Source of the DNA: an uncultured Acidimicrobiaceae bacterium
GTDB taxonomy: Bacteria > Actinomycetota > Acidimicrobiia > Spongiisociales > UBA5794
Assembly: GCA_964579415.1 (NCBI GenBank)
Contig: CAZOGW010000003.1
Span: 7,759 to 71,758 of the forward strand
Direction of reading: 5' to 3'
Length of the DNA stretch: 64,000 nt
A program made the position numbers and the translations under genes. The notes under the pieces are model-generated. The model saw only the letters and a list, made by a program, of their open reading frames with translations. It was not told the DNA's origin and did not search any database. Shown in pieces: positions 17,804 through 28,024 of the stretch; positions within the stretch are counted from its first letter, which is position 1; the number at the start of each line of letters is the position of its first letter.

Positions 17804-20800
17804 ATGTTCCAGCCCCACGCTTCGCGAGCGCCTGCCGTCGCGCTTCCGCCAGGGGCGCCGCCCAATAATCCCAGCGTGACGGCCATCGCGGAGGCCCGCC
17901 GGACTTGGATGGCGTACGACCGTGCCTTCCACGTCCAGGCTGACTCGGTGTCGCTGGTCGCCGAGCTCATGCTTCCGGCATCTGACCTCGCCGAGATGGT
18001 CAACGCTCTCACCGTTATCGGCACGCAGCCGCCCGCCGCGACAAAGGCGGACGTGAAGCACGGCGCCACGGCGCTGGCGGTGCTGATGCCCAACGTGTGT
18101 CGCGAAGACTACGGCGAAGCGACCTTCTGGCCCCACTTTTGGGACCGGATCGGTGTCCCACAGCCCCGCCGGCAGGCACTCCAGACCGCCTTCGGCGAGA
18201 CCTTCCTCGAAGGACTCAAGCGCGCGCGGTGGCCCGCGTTCGATGACGTTGGACAGAAGTACCTCGCCAACATCCTCATGCATGCCGGCGTCCCCGATGC
18301 GCTGCTTCCGGACTGGTTCGAGCTGCTGGACGCGGCGACCCGCGCCGTGACCTTGGAGCCCGACCTCGTCACCCGTTGGATCAGGGATAGAGCGGGTGTG
18401 GGAGGCCTGCCGTGGGTGAACGTGCCCCTGCGCCGGCTGGTCTTGCATGGCGGCCCGTTCGCGGCGGATCTGATCGAGCGCAGCCTGACGTTGCTGGACC
18501 TTGTCCGATCGGGCTCCGACCGCGACCCGGCCTTCCTGGGCCTCCCTCCGGCCTACCTCACAGCTGCCGAGACCCACTGTCGCGCCCGCGCTGCTCTACG
18601 GGCGACCGGGGGCATCCGGGCAGCCTCGGCTCCCGTGCTGCGGCTGGTGCCGGAGGAGGGTCGAGTCGAGCTCGCCCTGCCACAGCTGGAAGACGTCGTA
18701 GACACGTTGCGCTGGCTGGTCAAGATCGAGCAGCGCACCGTCGAGATCGTCCCGCATCGGCTCTGGGGCGGCGATCGGGTCCAGTTCGCAGGGGCAACAG
18801 TCCCGGTGGACACACCGACACGGTCCATTGAAGTCCGTGCCATCGGCGCGGATCGAGCCGCCCTGGTACCGGTCGTTCCTGATGACCTGCCGTTGCTCGC
18901 CTTCGACCGAAGCGGTGCGGCTATTCGGGTAGCTGAGGGACTGCCAGCCGAGCCGGTATGGCTCCTGGGACCTCCGTCGGGGTCGGCTGCCGGTCCCCAG
19001 CTCAGCGTCGTGGGAGGCCGCCTGATGGCCGACATGGGGTCACCCCTGGGATGGGCCGGCTGGCCGCTTTCCCTGTGGGATCTCGGCGGCGCCGAAGCGG
19101 TCGAGGTGGGGGATCACACAGTAGGTCTCACACGCCGCACGCGTGCCCAGATCGAGTCGGCGCCTGCCGGGCATGTCGAGGCCGCCTCGATCGCCGGGCT
19201 GCCCCTGCATACGCAGCGTCCGGCCGTCAGTCTCCCGGCTGGCCACGCACAGTGGTCGGTGACGGTCAGCGACTACCAGACCGGTCAGATCGTGACCGAG
19301 CTCCGACACCAGGGTGAGGCTATGAGCCTGGACCCGTTCGCGGGGATGCCCGCCCCCATCGTCGGCGCATTCACGATCGTTGTGCGTGGACCTTTGGGCC
19401 GCGGCGCCAGCCGCACTTTCGCGCTCGCCGAGGGACTCAGCGTCAAGGTCGAGCCACACTTCCGGACCTTCGGACCTGACGGGCTGCGACCTGCCCGGGC
19501 CGCGATCGCCTTGCCTGGGGGCACGACCTCGTCTGCTGTGGTGGAGTTCGCCGCGGCTGAGCGACTCAGCTCCGTGCTGGTCACCGGTGCTGAGGGGCGG
19601 CAGGAGCGCATTGTCATCCAGCCCCCCTCGCTCGCTGTCGCGATCCAAGCTGAGGGCCAACCGCCGGGAGCGTGGAGCAACGGCCCTATCACGGTGCTGA
19701 AAGAGGACTTGGTCCATACGCACTTGCTCTTGCGGATCGGGCTCGGAGCACAGCCGGAGCTGGCCGTGTGCAGCGGAAACAGCGCGGTTCAAACTCTGGA
19801 CCCGATCTCGGTGACAGCAGAGCGGAACGTCGCATACAAGCTTGCCCGGATCGTCGACTCGGTTGATCACCTTGGGGCCAATGGACTCGTGCTCGGTCGT
19901 ACGTCCGACGATCCGGGGGTCCTGGTCGCGCGAATCGTTCCGCGGAAGCTGGCCACAGGAATCGCGGTCGACGACCCGGGGCTCCGGTTGGTCGATCCAG
20001 GCAGCGGTGACCTGGAGGTTGCGCTGTGGAGCACGGGCGAGCCTTGGCGTCCACCCATCGTCCGACGCTGCGACCAGGACGGTCGCATTGCGCTGCTCCC
20101 TGGCGATGTTCTCTCCGGAAGAGTCGTCGCCGTGCCCCGAGTCAGCGACCCGTGGAGCCTGCCCGACCCGTTCCCGCGATTCCCCTACCGGTTCAGCATG
20201 CTCGTCAGCGATCCCATGTCGGCCGAGGAGGAGTCGACCATTGCGCCCGCCGATACCTCGGTTGAACGGGCGTGGGCCACGGTCCTGCTCAACGTGGTGC
20301 TGCCGGGCTCCGTCCAGGCCAGCGGGCTCGCGGACGCCCGCCAGGCCCTGGATGCGCACGGACCGGAGGCCCTCGCTGCACTATCGACGTTCGCCCTGCC
20401 GCCAACGGAATCAGCAGCGGCCCTCGTCCGCACAGGCGTCGCTGGGGCATGCTCGAATGTCGCGGGCGATGACCTCAGCATCGCTGAAAGCCTTCGCGCA
20501 GATCCTGTGGCCGCTTCCCTGGCGCACCTGCCGACGGTGATGGCGCGACCCGACGACTTTCCGGAAGCACGCCTCGCGGTGCGCGACGCGTTGGGCGATG
20601 CGGGGCTGGCCTTCCTCGACACCGGTGTGGACGATCACATGGCTGCTGGCGCTTACGGGGATGACCCCTCGCTGATCGCGCTCGCACGACTCCGGAAGGC
20701 CGACGTGGCGCGGTTCGAGACGTTGCTGGCGTCCATGGCGCTGCGGCCGGTCGGGCTGCTCCACCCTGACAACCGGGTTCTCCGGTCGGTCGAGATCTTG

Positions 20801-21157
20801 GAGCGTGTCGGAGCCGAGCGCGTTCGGATCCTTGCCAAGGACTCGCTCAAGCTCGTGGTGACCGTCCGGGCATCACTGGCGAAGTCAGGGTTCGACCGGG
20901 CCGCTCACGCAATCGAGGAGCGAGGCGTGTCCGACGGTACGCCGTGGCTCAACCTCTCGGCCGCGTCGCTCGCCTGGTGCATAGCCCTGCGATACGGGGC
21001 TCGGGGACATGAGCTTGAGAGGCTGAGCCCACATCCTCAGATGTCCTCCTGGCGCGAGAACGCGCATGCCATAGCACCACTACAAGCCGTTGACCTCGTG
21101 CTGGCGGAGATCCATGCCTCGCACGACCTGCCGATCAACGATGGGAGACGACGGTGA
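17804..21157 (+). CDS. Large hypothetical protein (1117 aa), translationally coupled to the downstream helicase+DUF1998 gene; DruH-like by position (Druantia type III)
   Basis: No recognisable motif. Its stop TGA (21155-21157) overlaps the GTG start (21154) of the next gene as GTGA. Size and context match DruH. Confidence 0.6.
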   Translation: MFQPHASRAPAVALPPGAPPNNPSVTAIAEARRTWMAYDRAFHVQADSVSLVAELMLPASDLAEMVNALTVIGTQPPAATKADVKHGATALAVLMPNVCREDYGEATFWPHFWDRIGVPQPRRQALQTAFGETFLEGLKRARWPAFDDVGQKYLANILMHAGVPDALLPDWFELLDAATRAVTLEPDLVTRWIRDRAGVGGLPWVNVPLRRLVLHGGPFAADLIERSLTLLDLVRSGSDRDPAFLGLPPAYLTAAETHCRARAALRATGGIRAASAPVLRLVPEEGRVELALPQLEDVVDTLRWLVKIEQRTVEIVPHRLWGGDRVQFAGATVPVDTPTRSIEVRAIGADRAALVPVVPDDLPLLAFDRSGAAIRVAEGLPAEPVWLLGPPSGSAAGPQLSVVGGRLMADMGSPLGWAGWPLSLWDLGGAEAVEVGDHTVGLTRRTRAQIESAPAGHVEAASIAGLPLHTQRPAVSLPAGHAQWSVTVSDYQTGQIVTELRHQGEAMSLDPFAGMPAPIVGAFTIVVRGPLGRGASRTFALAEGLSVKVEPHFRTFGPDGLRPARAAIALPGGTTSSAVVEFAAAERLSSVLVTGAEGRQERIVIQPPSLAVAIQAEGQPPGAWSNGPITVLKEDLVHTHLLLRIGLGAQPELAVCSGNSAVQTLDPISVTAERNVAYKLARIVDSVDHLGANGLVLGRTSDDPGVLVARIVPRKLATGIAVDDPGLRLVDPGSGDLEVALWSTGEPWRPPIVRRCDQDGRIALLPGDVLSGRVVAVPRVSDPWSLPDPFPRFPYRFSMLVSDPMSAEEESTIAPADTSVERAWATVLLNVVLPGSVQASGLADARQALDAHGPEALAALSTFALPPTESAAALVRTGVAGACSNVAGDDLSIAESLRADPVAASLAHLPTVMARPDDFPEARLAVRDALGDAGLAFLDTGVDDHMAAGAYGDDPSLIALARLRKADVARFETLLASMALRPVGLLHPDNRVLRSVEILERVGAERVRILAKDSLKLVVTVRASLAKSGFDRAAHAIEERGVSDGTPWLNLSAASLAWCIALRYGARGHELERLSPHPQMSSWRENAHAIAPLQAVDLVLAEIHASHDLPINDGRRR

Positions 21158-24100
21158 CGAGCACGTCCCTGGACGCCATGAGCGCGAGCGCGCATATAGA
21201 GTCGGACTATCGGCGGTACGTGGGCTCGCTCATGGAGCCCCGTGAGGCCCCCCTTGCTGACGCGCTGGCAAGGGCCACCAGAAGTCATCCGATCGCAAAA
21301 GGCCCCTACCTCGAGGTCACCCCCCCGTATCGACGGGGCCGAACGATTCGACAGCTCATTGCTGAGGGACTCCTCCCCGCTGGGTTCGACAGATTGGGCG
21401 GCCCGGCTTTGCCGCTCGACCGGCCTCTCTACGCGCATCAGGAGGAGGCGCTGCGCAAAGTCCGGGCCGGGCGAAACGTGATTGTCTCCACCGGGACCGG
21501 TTCGGGAAAGACCGAGTCCTTCCTGCTTCCCATCCTGGCCCACCTCGTCTCCGAAGAGGAGGCGGGAACGCTCGGACCGGGAGTCCGCGCGCTGCTGCTA
21601 TACCCGATGAACGCGCTGGCCAATGATCAGATGAAGCGCCTGCGGGCCGTCCTGGCCGACCACCCCGCCATCAGCTTCGGACGCTACGTCGGCGACACCC
21701 GGGAGGAACCGAAGGATGCGAGGGCGGCCTTCGCGGACATCAACCCCGGCGAACCCCTGCTGGCGAACGAACTGCTGTCGCGCAAGGAGATGCGTGCCAC
21801 TCCACCGCACCTGCTGCTGACCAACTACGCGATGTTGGAGTACCTGCTGCTCCGGCCGGCCGACCTGGACCTGTTCGAGGGTCATGGAGCGTCGACCTGG
21901 TCGTTCGTCGTTGTCGACGAGGCCCACGTGTATGACGGCGCTCAAGGGGCGGAGATCGCCATGCTCCTGAGGCGGCTGCGCCATCGTGTGCGACCCAACG
22001 ATGGTTTGCGTTGCATCGCAACGTCAGCGACCGTGGGCGACCGCGGGGCCGAGCCGCGAGTGACGGCGTTCGCGGCCGACCTCTTCGACGCCCCGTTCGA
22101 GTGGGTTGAGGGACAACCGGGTCGCCAGGATCTGGTCGTCTCTCAACGCGTCCATCCTCCAACAGGCACATGGGGACCGATCAGCTTCACATCGTGGGCC
22201 CAGTTGGCCTCGGCATCCGATCCAGACCCCCGAATCCTCGAGTTGGCCGCCCAGTTCGGCCGACCTGGGATGAGCGTGTTCGAGGCGCTCTCCACCGAGC
22301 GGACCATCGCACGTCTGCGCGACTCGCTCGTCGACCGTCCCAAGCGTGCCGACGTCTTGGCGGGCGACCTTGTCGGTGACGCCGACGATCCCCTGAGGAC
22401 CCTGCACCAGGTCATCAGCGTGGGCAGTCGTGTCACCGACGAGTTCGACTCGCCACTGATCTCCGCCCGCTACCACCTGTGGTTGACGAGCATCGAAGGC
22501 GCGTTCGCGTGCCTGCACCCGACCCAGCCGCATGTGACGCTCTCGCGTCATGAGATATGTGAGACGTGCTCGCGTCCCATGTACGAGATCGCCGCGTGCA
22601 AGCGCTGTGGAGCGGTCCATGCGCAGGGCGTTCGAATCACCGGTCAGGGTCGCGAGAAGCTGGTGCCCCGGGTGCGCCTTCAGGACGCTCCCACTTGGAT
22701 CGTCCTGGAGACCACCTCGGTCGAGGATGAGGATGAGCAGGAGGCCAACGTTGCGGCCGAGGCTCCCCAGATCCGCGACGCGGCGTTCTGTTACGACTGC
22801 GGCACACTCTCAGGGCCCGAGGCCGGCACCTGCGCAGGCTGTGATTCGAACACGCTGCGACATGTGGCGCTCATCGAGGGCAGGCGCCGCGAGCTTCGGA
22901 TGTGCCGAGCATGCGGAGCCAGGTCCAGCGGGATCATCCGTCCGCTATCCGCGGGCGCCGATGCGACCACAGCAGTGCTCACCACCTCGCTTTACGAGCA
23001 GCTGCCACCTGGTCCGCAAGATATTCGGGACAACCCAGGGGATGGCCGTCGCCTCCTGGCCTTCAGCGACTCCCGGCAGGCGGCGGCATACTTCGCTCCC
23101 TACCTGCAGACCACGTACGGGCGCATTCAGCATCGGGCAATGGTCCTCGAGGGAGTCCGACGCGCAGAGGAATTGGAGCGCGGCCCGGCGCGGCTCCGGG
23201 ACGTCATCTCCCATACCGCTGATGCCGCCTCGGAGGCCGGGTTCTTCTTGTCACGTGACAGTCGTCAGCTGAAGGAGCGACAGGCCGGTACATGGCTCTC
23301 CGCTGAGCTGGTGGGAGTGGACGACCGCCAGTCCCTGGAAGGGCTCGGACTGCTCCGCGTCGAGTTCGAGCCACTCGACGGAACACCGTTGCCCCGCGGG
23401 TTCGCGGATGCGGGTCTGACCGACGAAGTAGCGCTAGGCGTCGTGGCCGAGCTCATCCGATCGGTCCGCCTGCAAGGGGCGATGAGCATGCCGGCGGGCG
23501 TAGCCGCCGATGATCCGCTCTTCGAACCTCGGGTCGGGCCCTTCTACATCAGGGAAGGCGCAGCCGAGGTCAAGCGGAAGGTGTACTCGTGGATGCCGAC
23601 GAAGGGCCGCAATCGACGCCTCGACTACGTAGAGCGGGTATTGGCCCGCCTTGACTCCCGTGCGGACCCCAAGCGCCTGCTTCAGGGCATCTGGGCGTTC
23701 GCCTCCGATCCTCGGGCGATGAGATGGATGACCTCGGCCACCGTTCGGGTGCTGGGGGCCGTGTGGCAGGTCGACTCGGGAAGCCTCCTGCTGTCCACGC
23801 TCAAGCCGGGTGCGTCGGTCTGGCGGTGCTCGTCGTGCCGGCGCCTCGCATCGGCAAGCGTGGCGGGCGTCTGCCCCGCGATGGGTTGTTCCGGTGAGTT
23901 GCAGGCCCTTGTGACGCCGACCGAGAGGGAGGAGACGAACCACTACCGCCTTCTCTATCTCGCCCAGCGGCATATACCCCTCTCCGCCGAGGAGCACACA
24001 GCCCAGTGGACGAGCGAGGAGGCGGCCGCCGTCCAGCAGCGGTTCCTCCGCGGGGAGATCAACCTGCTGTCGTGCTCCACGACGTTCGAGCTGGGCGTGG

Positions 24101-25800
24101 ACGTCGGTGACCTGCAGAGCGTGGTCCTGCGCAATGTGCCTCCGACGACCGCGAACTACGTCCAGCGGGCTGGGCGAGCCGGGCGACGGGCGGAAAGCGC
24201 CGCGCTGGTCCTCACGCATGCGGCGCTGCGATCTCACGACCAGAGTCGCTTCGCCCGGCCTGAGACCATGATCAAGGGCGAGGTGCGCACCCCGGCCATC
24301 CCTCTGACCAACGAGCGGATCGATCGACGGCATGCCCACTCGGTCGTGATCGCAGCCTTCTTCGCCGAGCAGTCACGGCAGCATGGCCGCGTATGGAAGA
24401 AGGCGGGCGAATTCTTCGTTCCAGACGACGATGCGCAATCGGGGCCGGCGCTGTTGCGGGAGTTCTTGACTCCACCCCCGCAGGCGCTCGTCGACTCGGT
24501 CCGGTCGATCCTCCCCGAGCCGGTTGCCCAGGAGATCGATCTCGATGGCTCAGGCTGGGTCGACGAGCTTCTCGCACGTGTCCTGACGATCTCCGAGGAG
24601 CTCCACACAGACCTTTCCTACTTCGAGGCTCAACGGCAGGCGGCATTCGAGGCACGCAAGGACGGCCTCGCCCAGCAGTTCGGCCGCATCGTGAGGACGC
24701 TTCGCGAGCGGGATCTCATCGGTGTCCTGTCCCGGAAGAACGTCCTGCCGAAGTACGGCTTTCCCGTCGACGTCGTGGAGCTGCGAACGGCGCACGTCGT
24801 CGAGGGCGGCGGAAGCAGACTCTCTCTGGACCGGGACCTCACCATGGCAATCAACGAGTTCGCGCCTACCGCGCAGATCGTGGCCGGTGGAAGCCTCTGG
24901 ACGTCAGCCGGCCTATACCGCCTACCGCAACGCGGATTGGAGACCAAGTTCTACGCGGTCTGTGGCGGCCCGGCAGGGTGCGGGAGGTTCAAACGGAGCA
25001 ACGACAGGGATGAACTCGGTGCTCAGTGCGATGTGTGTCAGAGGGATTGGCGTGTCAGCCAATGGGTGGTCCCCGAGTTCGGCTTCGTGGCCGATCGCCA
25101 GCCCACGAGAGCGGGGGCCGAGCCACCCAAGCGGATCTGGAACAGCGCCACCTATATCCAATCGATCGGCGCCGATGTGACCGAGATGTCCATCGACCTC
25201 CCGGGTCGGAGCCTCTCACTCACGTTCGGGACCCGAGGCGAGCTCGTCACGATCAACGAGGGCTCCACTGGTGCTGGTTTCCTGATCTGTGAGTGGTGCG
25301 GGCGCGGCATGGAACTCACGGGCACGAAGATCCGAAAGCACAAGCGGACTTTCAAGGACGAGGACTGCGAAGGGCCATTACGCCTCCAATCGCTCGCGCA
25401 CCACTACCAGACGGATGTGCTCGCGATCGACGCCGGGATCGACCGATGGGCCGACAGGGGCGCAGTGCTCTCCGTCCTCTACGCGATCCTCGAGGCTGGA
25501 GCGATGGAGCTTCAGCTCTCACGTGACGACATCGACGGGACCGTAGAAGTGACGGGCAAAGGCCAGCGGTTCGTGCTTTTCGATACGGTCCCTGCCGGAG
25601 CAGGCGCCGCTATCTCCATCGCCCATCAGCTGGGCCCGATCCTCGACAAGGCGCTCACCCGTGTCACCAACTGCGAATGCGGGGAGGAAACCAGCTGCTA
25701 TACGTGCCTTCGAAGTTTCAGGAACCAGCGCTTCCACGAAGTGCTGAGCCGCGGAGCAGCGAAGGACTTCCTCGGGGGGCTCCTCGGGGTCGCGAGCTAG
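21154..25800 (+). CDS. DruE-like (DrmA/B-like) SF2 DEAH-box helicase with C-terminal DUF1998 zinc-ribbon domain (1548 aa)
   Basis: Motif I VIVSTGTGSGKTESFLLP, Ia LLLYPMNALANDQ, II VVVDEAHVYDG, V-VI LLSCSTTFELGVDVGDLQSVVLRNVPPTTANYVQRAGRAGRR. The C-terminal Cys clusters CGGPAGCGRF...CDVCQ and ICEWCG, and NCECGEETSCYTCLRSFRNQRFHEVLSRGAAKDFL, match the DUF1998/MrfA Zn-binding hallmark. Confidence 0.85.
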   Translation: MTSTSLDAMSASAHIESDYRRYVGSLMEPREAPLADALARATRSHPIAKGPYLEVTPPYRRGRTIRQLIAEGLLPAGFDRLGGPALPLDRPLYAHQEEALRKVRAGRNVIVSTGTGSGKTESFLLPILAHLVSEEEAGTLGPGVRALLLYPMNALANDQMKRLRAVLADHPAISFGRYVGDTREEPKDARAAFADINPGEPLLANELLSRKEMRATPPHLLLTNYAMLEYLLLRPADLDLFEGHGASTWSFVVVDEAHVYDGAQGAEIAMLLRRLRHRVRPNDGLRCIATSATVGDRGAEPRVTAFAADLFDAPFEWVEGQPGRQDLVVSQRVHPPTGTWGPISFTSWAQLASASDPDPRILELAAQFGRPGMSVFEALSTERTIARLRDSLVDRPKRADVLAGDLVGDADDPLRTLHQVISVGSRVTDEFDSPLISARYHLWLTSIEGAFACLHPTQPHVTLSRHEICETCSRPMYEIAACKRCGAVHAQGVRITGQGREKLVPRVRLQDAPTWIVLETTSVEDEDEQEANVAAEAPQIRDAAFCYDCGTLSGPEAGTCAGCDSNTLRHVALIEGRRRELRMCRACGARSSGIIRPLSAGADATTAVLTTSLYEQLPPGPQDIRDNPGDGRRLLAFSDSRQAAAYFAPYLQTTYGRIQHRAMVLEGVRRAEELERGPARLRDVISHTADAASEAGFFLSRDSRQLKERQAGTWLSAELVGVDDRQSLEGLGLLRVEFEPLDGTPLPRGFADAGLTDEVALGVVAELIRSVRLQGAMSMPAGVAADDPLFEPRVGPFYIREGAAEVKRKVYSWMPTKGRNRRLDYVERVLARLDSRADPKRLLQGIWAFASDPRAMRWMTSATVRVLGAVWQVDSGSLLLSTLKPGASVWRCSSCRRLASASVAGVCPAMGCSGELQALVTPTEREETNHYRLLYLAQRHIPLSAEEHTAQWTSEEAAAVQQRFLRGEINLLSCSTTFELGVDVGDLQSVVLRNVPPTTANYVQRAGRAGRRAESAALVLTHAALRSHDQSRFARPETMIKGEVRTPAIPLTNERIDRRHAHSVVIAAFFAEQSRQHGRVWKKAGEFFVPDDDAQSGPALLREFLTPPPQALVDSVRSILPEPVAQEIDLDGSGWVDELLARVLTISEELHTDLSYFEAQRQAAFEARKDGLAQQFGRIVRTLRERDLIGVLSRKNVLPKYGFPVDVVELRTAHVVEGGGSRLSLDRDLTMAINEFAPTAQIVAGGSLWTSAGLYRLPQRGLETKFYAVCGGPAGCGRFKRSNDRDELGAQCDVCQRDWRVSQWVVPEFGFVADRQPTRAGAEPPKRIWNSATYIQSIGADVTEMSIDLPGRSLSLTFGTRGELVTINEGSTGAGFLICEWCGRGMELTGTKIRKHKRTFKDEDCEGPLRLQSLAHHYQTDVLAIDAGIDRWADRGAVLSVLYAILEAGAMELQLSRDDIDGTVEVTGKGQRFVLFDTVPAGAGAAISIAHQLGPILDKALTRVTNCECGEETSCYTCLRSFRNQRFHEVLSRGAAKDFLGGLLGVAS

Positions 25801-25809
25801 GAGGGTCGG

Positions 25810-26406
25810 ATGACGCGATTGACGACGTTGGAGGACGTCACCCTGACCAGCGCTGGGAGCCCGGTGGCCCACATCGGGCAGGACGTGGGGGGCAAGGACA
25901 CCTCGGGGCGCCTGCACACAAGCGTGGTCAGCTGCTCTGGGGGTTCAGTGATGCTGCAGCTTGCGTACTTCGAGTACGGGGACCGGCCTGAGGGGGAGGT
26001 GGGATGCCTGGACCATCTCGGAAGTCCGGTGTACTTCGGCCCCCGTATCGGCCTTGTCGGACGCCTTCGGATCGGGGTGTACACGAGGGAAGGCGTCACC
26101 TTCGGGGAGTTGGGAGGCGCTGAGTTCGTGGCTGACAAGGGTCCAGCCAGGTTCAAGGCCCAGAAGAAGACGTGGCCCACGCTCCCAGAGCTTGACCGAC
26201 GGGCTGGCGGGTCGGTCGCCGGCTTCCTCAGCGAGAAAGGGATCGTTCGGCTCGGATCGCGCGAGGAGCTGTTCGGCGACCGCACGAGGATGCGCAACAG
26301 GCTCGCCGCACGGTTCCAGGACGCATCAGCCCCGGCACCGCCGATGTGGGTCTTCGTGGCCACCCGGGTTGTGCCCCTGGTGAGGCAGTGGGAGGAGGGA
26401 CTGTGA
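25810..26406 (+). CDS. Hypothetical protein (198 aa), co-transcribed with the DruE-like gene
   Basis: GGAGGG Shine-Dalgarno-like sequence then ATG 10 nt after the DruE-like stop. Its stop overlaps the next start as GTGA. No motif recognised. Confidence 0.5.
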   Translation: MTRLTTLEDVTLTSAGSPVAHIGQDVGGKDTSGRLHTSVVSCSGGSVMLQLAYFEYGDRPEGEVGCLDHLGSPVYFGPRIGLVGRLRIGVYTREGVTFGELGGAEFVADKGPARFKAQKKTWPTLPELDRRAGGSVAGFLSEKGIVRLGSREELFGDRTRMRNRLAARFQDASAPAPPMWVFVATRVVPLVRQWEEGL

Positions 26407-27797
26407 CGACGACGCCCACCCATGACCTGTATGTCGGCGCAGCACCGATCTACCACCCGACCGAGCAGACGCCAGGGCAGATGGTCGGCGCGTGGTCGAC
26501 CGCGCTGGGTGCTGCGGCCGCCGAGCTGGGAGCTGTCTTCGACGCGTTCCTGAAGGACCGCATCGGCCCCGATTGGCGGCCCGCATTGGAGAATGTCCGG
26601 GCAGAGCGGGAGAGGAAGCCCAACTACAGCATCAATGTCCGCGATCCCCAGTGGGTCTTCTCCGAGGCGAAGAAGCCGAACAGCCCCCTTCATCCAGCGA
26701 TGCGTCCAGGCTGGAGCCGAAGCTTCGGAGACGTGATCGAATGCCGGAACGACTGGTACCACTACAACCATCAGTGGACGCTGGACGAACTGGTGAACTC
26801 GATCGAGGCTCTCTACCGGGCGACGCGTCTGTGGCCCGAGCTGCGCGTGAATGACGCCGTCAAGGCCCTTCATGTCCATCTCGGGAGGCTGCGGGAGCAG
26901 CGGGTCCTCCCCGGCCCGCGGGAGAAGGAGCTGCGCAACCTGCTCGCGGACCAGGCACGGAGGGCAGAGGAAACTCAGGCAGAGCTGGGCGGGCAGCTCG
27001 ACAGCCTCCGCAGAATCGTGGCGGAGCAAGCCGGCAATGCCGAGCTTCAGGACCTGTTGCGGGGACAGATAGCTGAGAACGAGGAGCGGGCTCGCGTCGC
27101 CGAGGAGCAGTCGCGGATGCTCGAACGACGGCTGGCCGAGCTGGAGCGCGAGGCCGCAAATCAGGCTGATCCTGACTCGCTGCTTCCCATCACGATTCGA
27201 CCCGGCGACAAGTGGCCCGATGACGTTCCGCACGGACGGCGTGTCATGAAGCTCATGGCGCGACCCGTGGATCAGATCTTCGACCCGGCGAAGGGTGACT
27301 TCATCACGTCAGAGCTCGGGGATGTGGCCCGTGCGGCGGCGACTCGTTGGCACGAGGTGATGCCCCTGGGTGGGGAGATCCACGTGACGGACGGTTGGAA
27401 CAGTGCCGGCCGGGTGAACGGTGTGTGGACCTATCTCGGCCGTCTCGACGATCCAGGAGAACAGGATCGAACACTGGGGGCGGCGATCAGCGACTTCCTC
27501 GTACCGCGCAGCTACGCGCTGCTCACATCCGAGGTCGTCGATCTCAGGAGTGACGTCCGGCTGACCGACGTCCGGCCGGAGACGGCGGAACTCACTATCG
27601 AACGGCTTGAGTCCGCGGTCGCGGATGCTCGGGCCCGCCAGCTCTTGGAACGTGAGGAGATAACTGACGGCGAGGAGGATTCCACTGGCCTTCGCATCAC
27701 CGTGAATGGACACGTTGTCGCCACGTTCGGAGAGGATCGTGGGTACCTGGCCACTGTGACCCCCGACGAGTGGTTCCCCGGGCACCTTCGCGAGTAG
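26403..27797 (+). CDS. Hypothetical protein (about 464 aa) with a candidate HEPN-like RNxxxH motif and a long coiled-coil segment
   Basis: GGAGGAGG Shine-Dalgarno-like sequence then GTG at 26403; the track lists an alternative upstream start at 26346. Motif SFGDVIECRNDWYHYNHQW (R-N-x3-H, the HEPN Rx4-6H pattern). Heptad-like charged region LRNLLADQARRAEETQAELGGQLDSLRRIVAEQAGNAELQDLLRGQIAENEERARVAEEQSRMLERRLAELEREAANQ. Confidence 0.55.
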   Translation: MTTTPTHDLYVGAAPIYHPTEQTPGQMVGAWSTALGAAAAELGAVFDAFLKDRIGPDWRPALENVRAERERKPNYSINVRDPQWVFSEAKKPNSPLHPAMRPGWSRSFGDVIECRNDWYHYNHQWTLDELVNSIEALYRATRLWPELRVNDAVKALHVHLGRLREQRVLPGPREKELRNLLADQARRAEETQAELGGQLDSLRRIVAEQAGNAELQDLLRGQIAENEERARVAEEQSRMLERRLAELEREAANQADPDSLLPITIRPGDKWPDDVPHGRRVMKLMARPVDQIFDPAKGDFITSELGDVARAAATRWHEVMPLGGEIHVTDGWNSAGRVNGVWTYLGRLDDPGEQDRTLGAAISDFLVPRSYALLTSEVVDLRSDVRLTDVRPETAELTIERLESAVADARARQLLEREEITDGEEDSTGLRITVNGHVVATFGEDRGYLATVTPDEWFPGHLRE

Positions 27798-28024
27798 GGG
27801 CCCCCGGTCTGGCCCCTGGGCACTCGACAGGTGGCGTTGACCTAAGTTTTGCACGTGAGTGAATTGAATAGGGCCGGCCCGCAATGACATCAATTGACCG
27901 ACCGATCCGAGACATGCTGGCTTCGCATGCTGCCGACGCTGGCGCGGCACGCACTGCCTTCGAATCGGAGCCGAGATGGCCCAGCCCAACTCCCAGCCGA
28001 GCCTTCATTCACAGCGGGCCCGAG

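Noticed and set aside
25797-27233. 478-aa minus-strand ORF
   Set aside because: Lies opposite two co-directional plus-strand genes that have Shine-Dalgarno-like sequences and coupled starts. Its translation is low-complexity.
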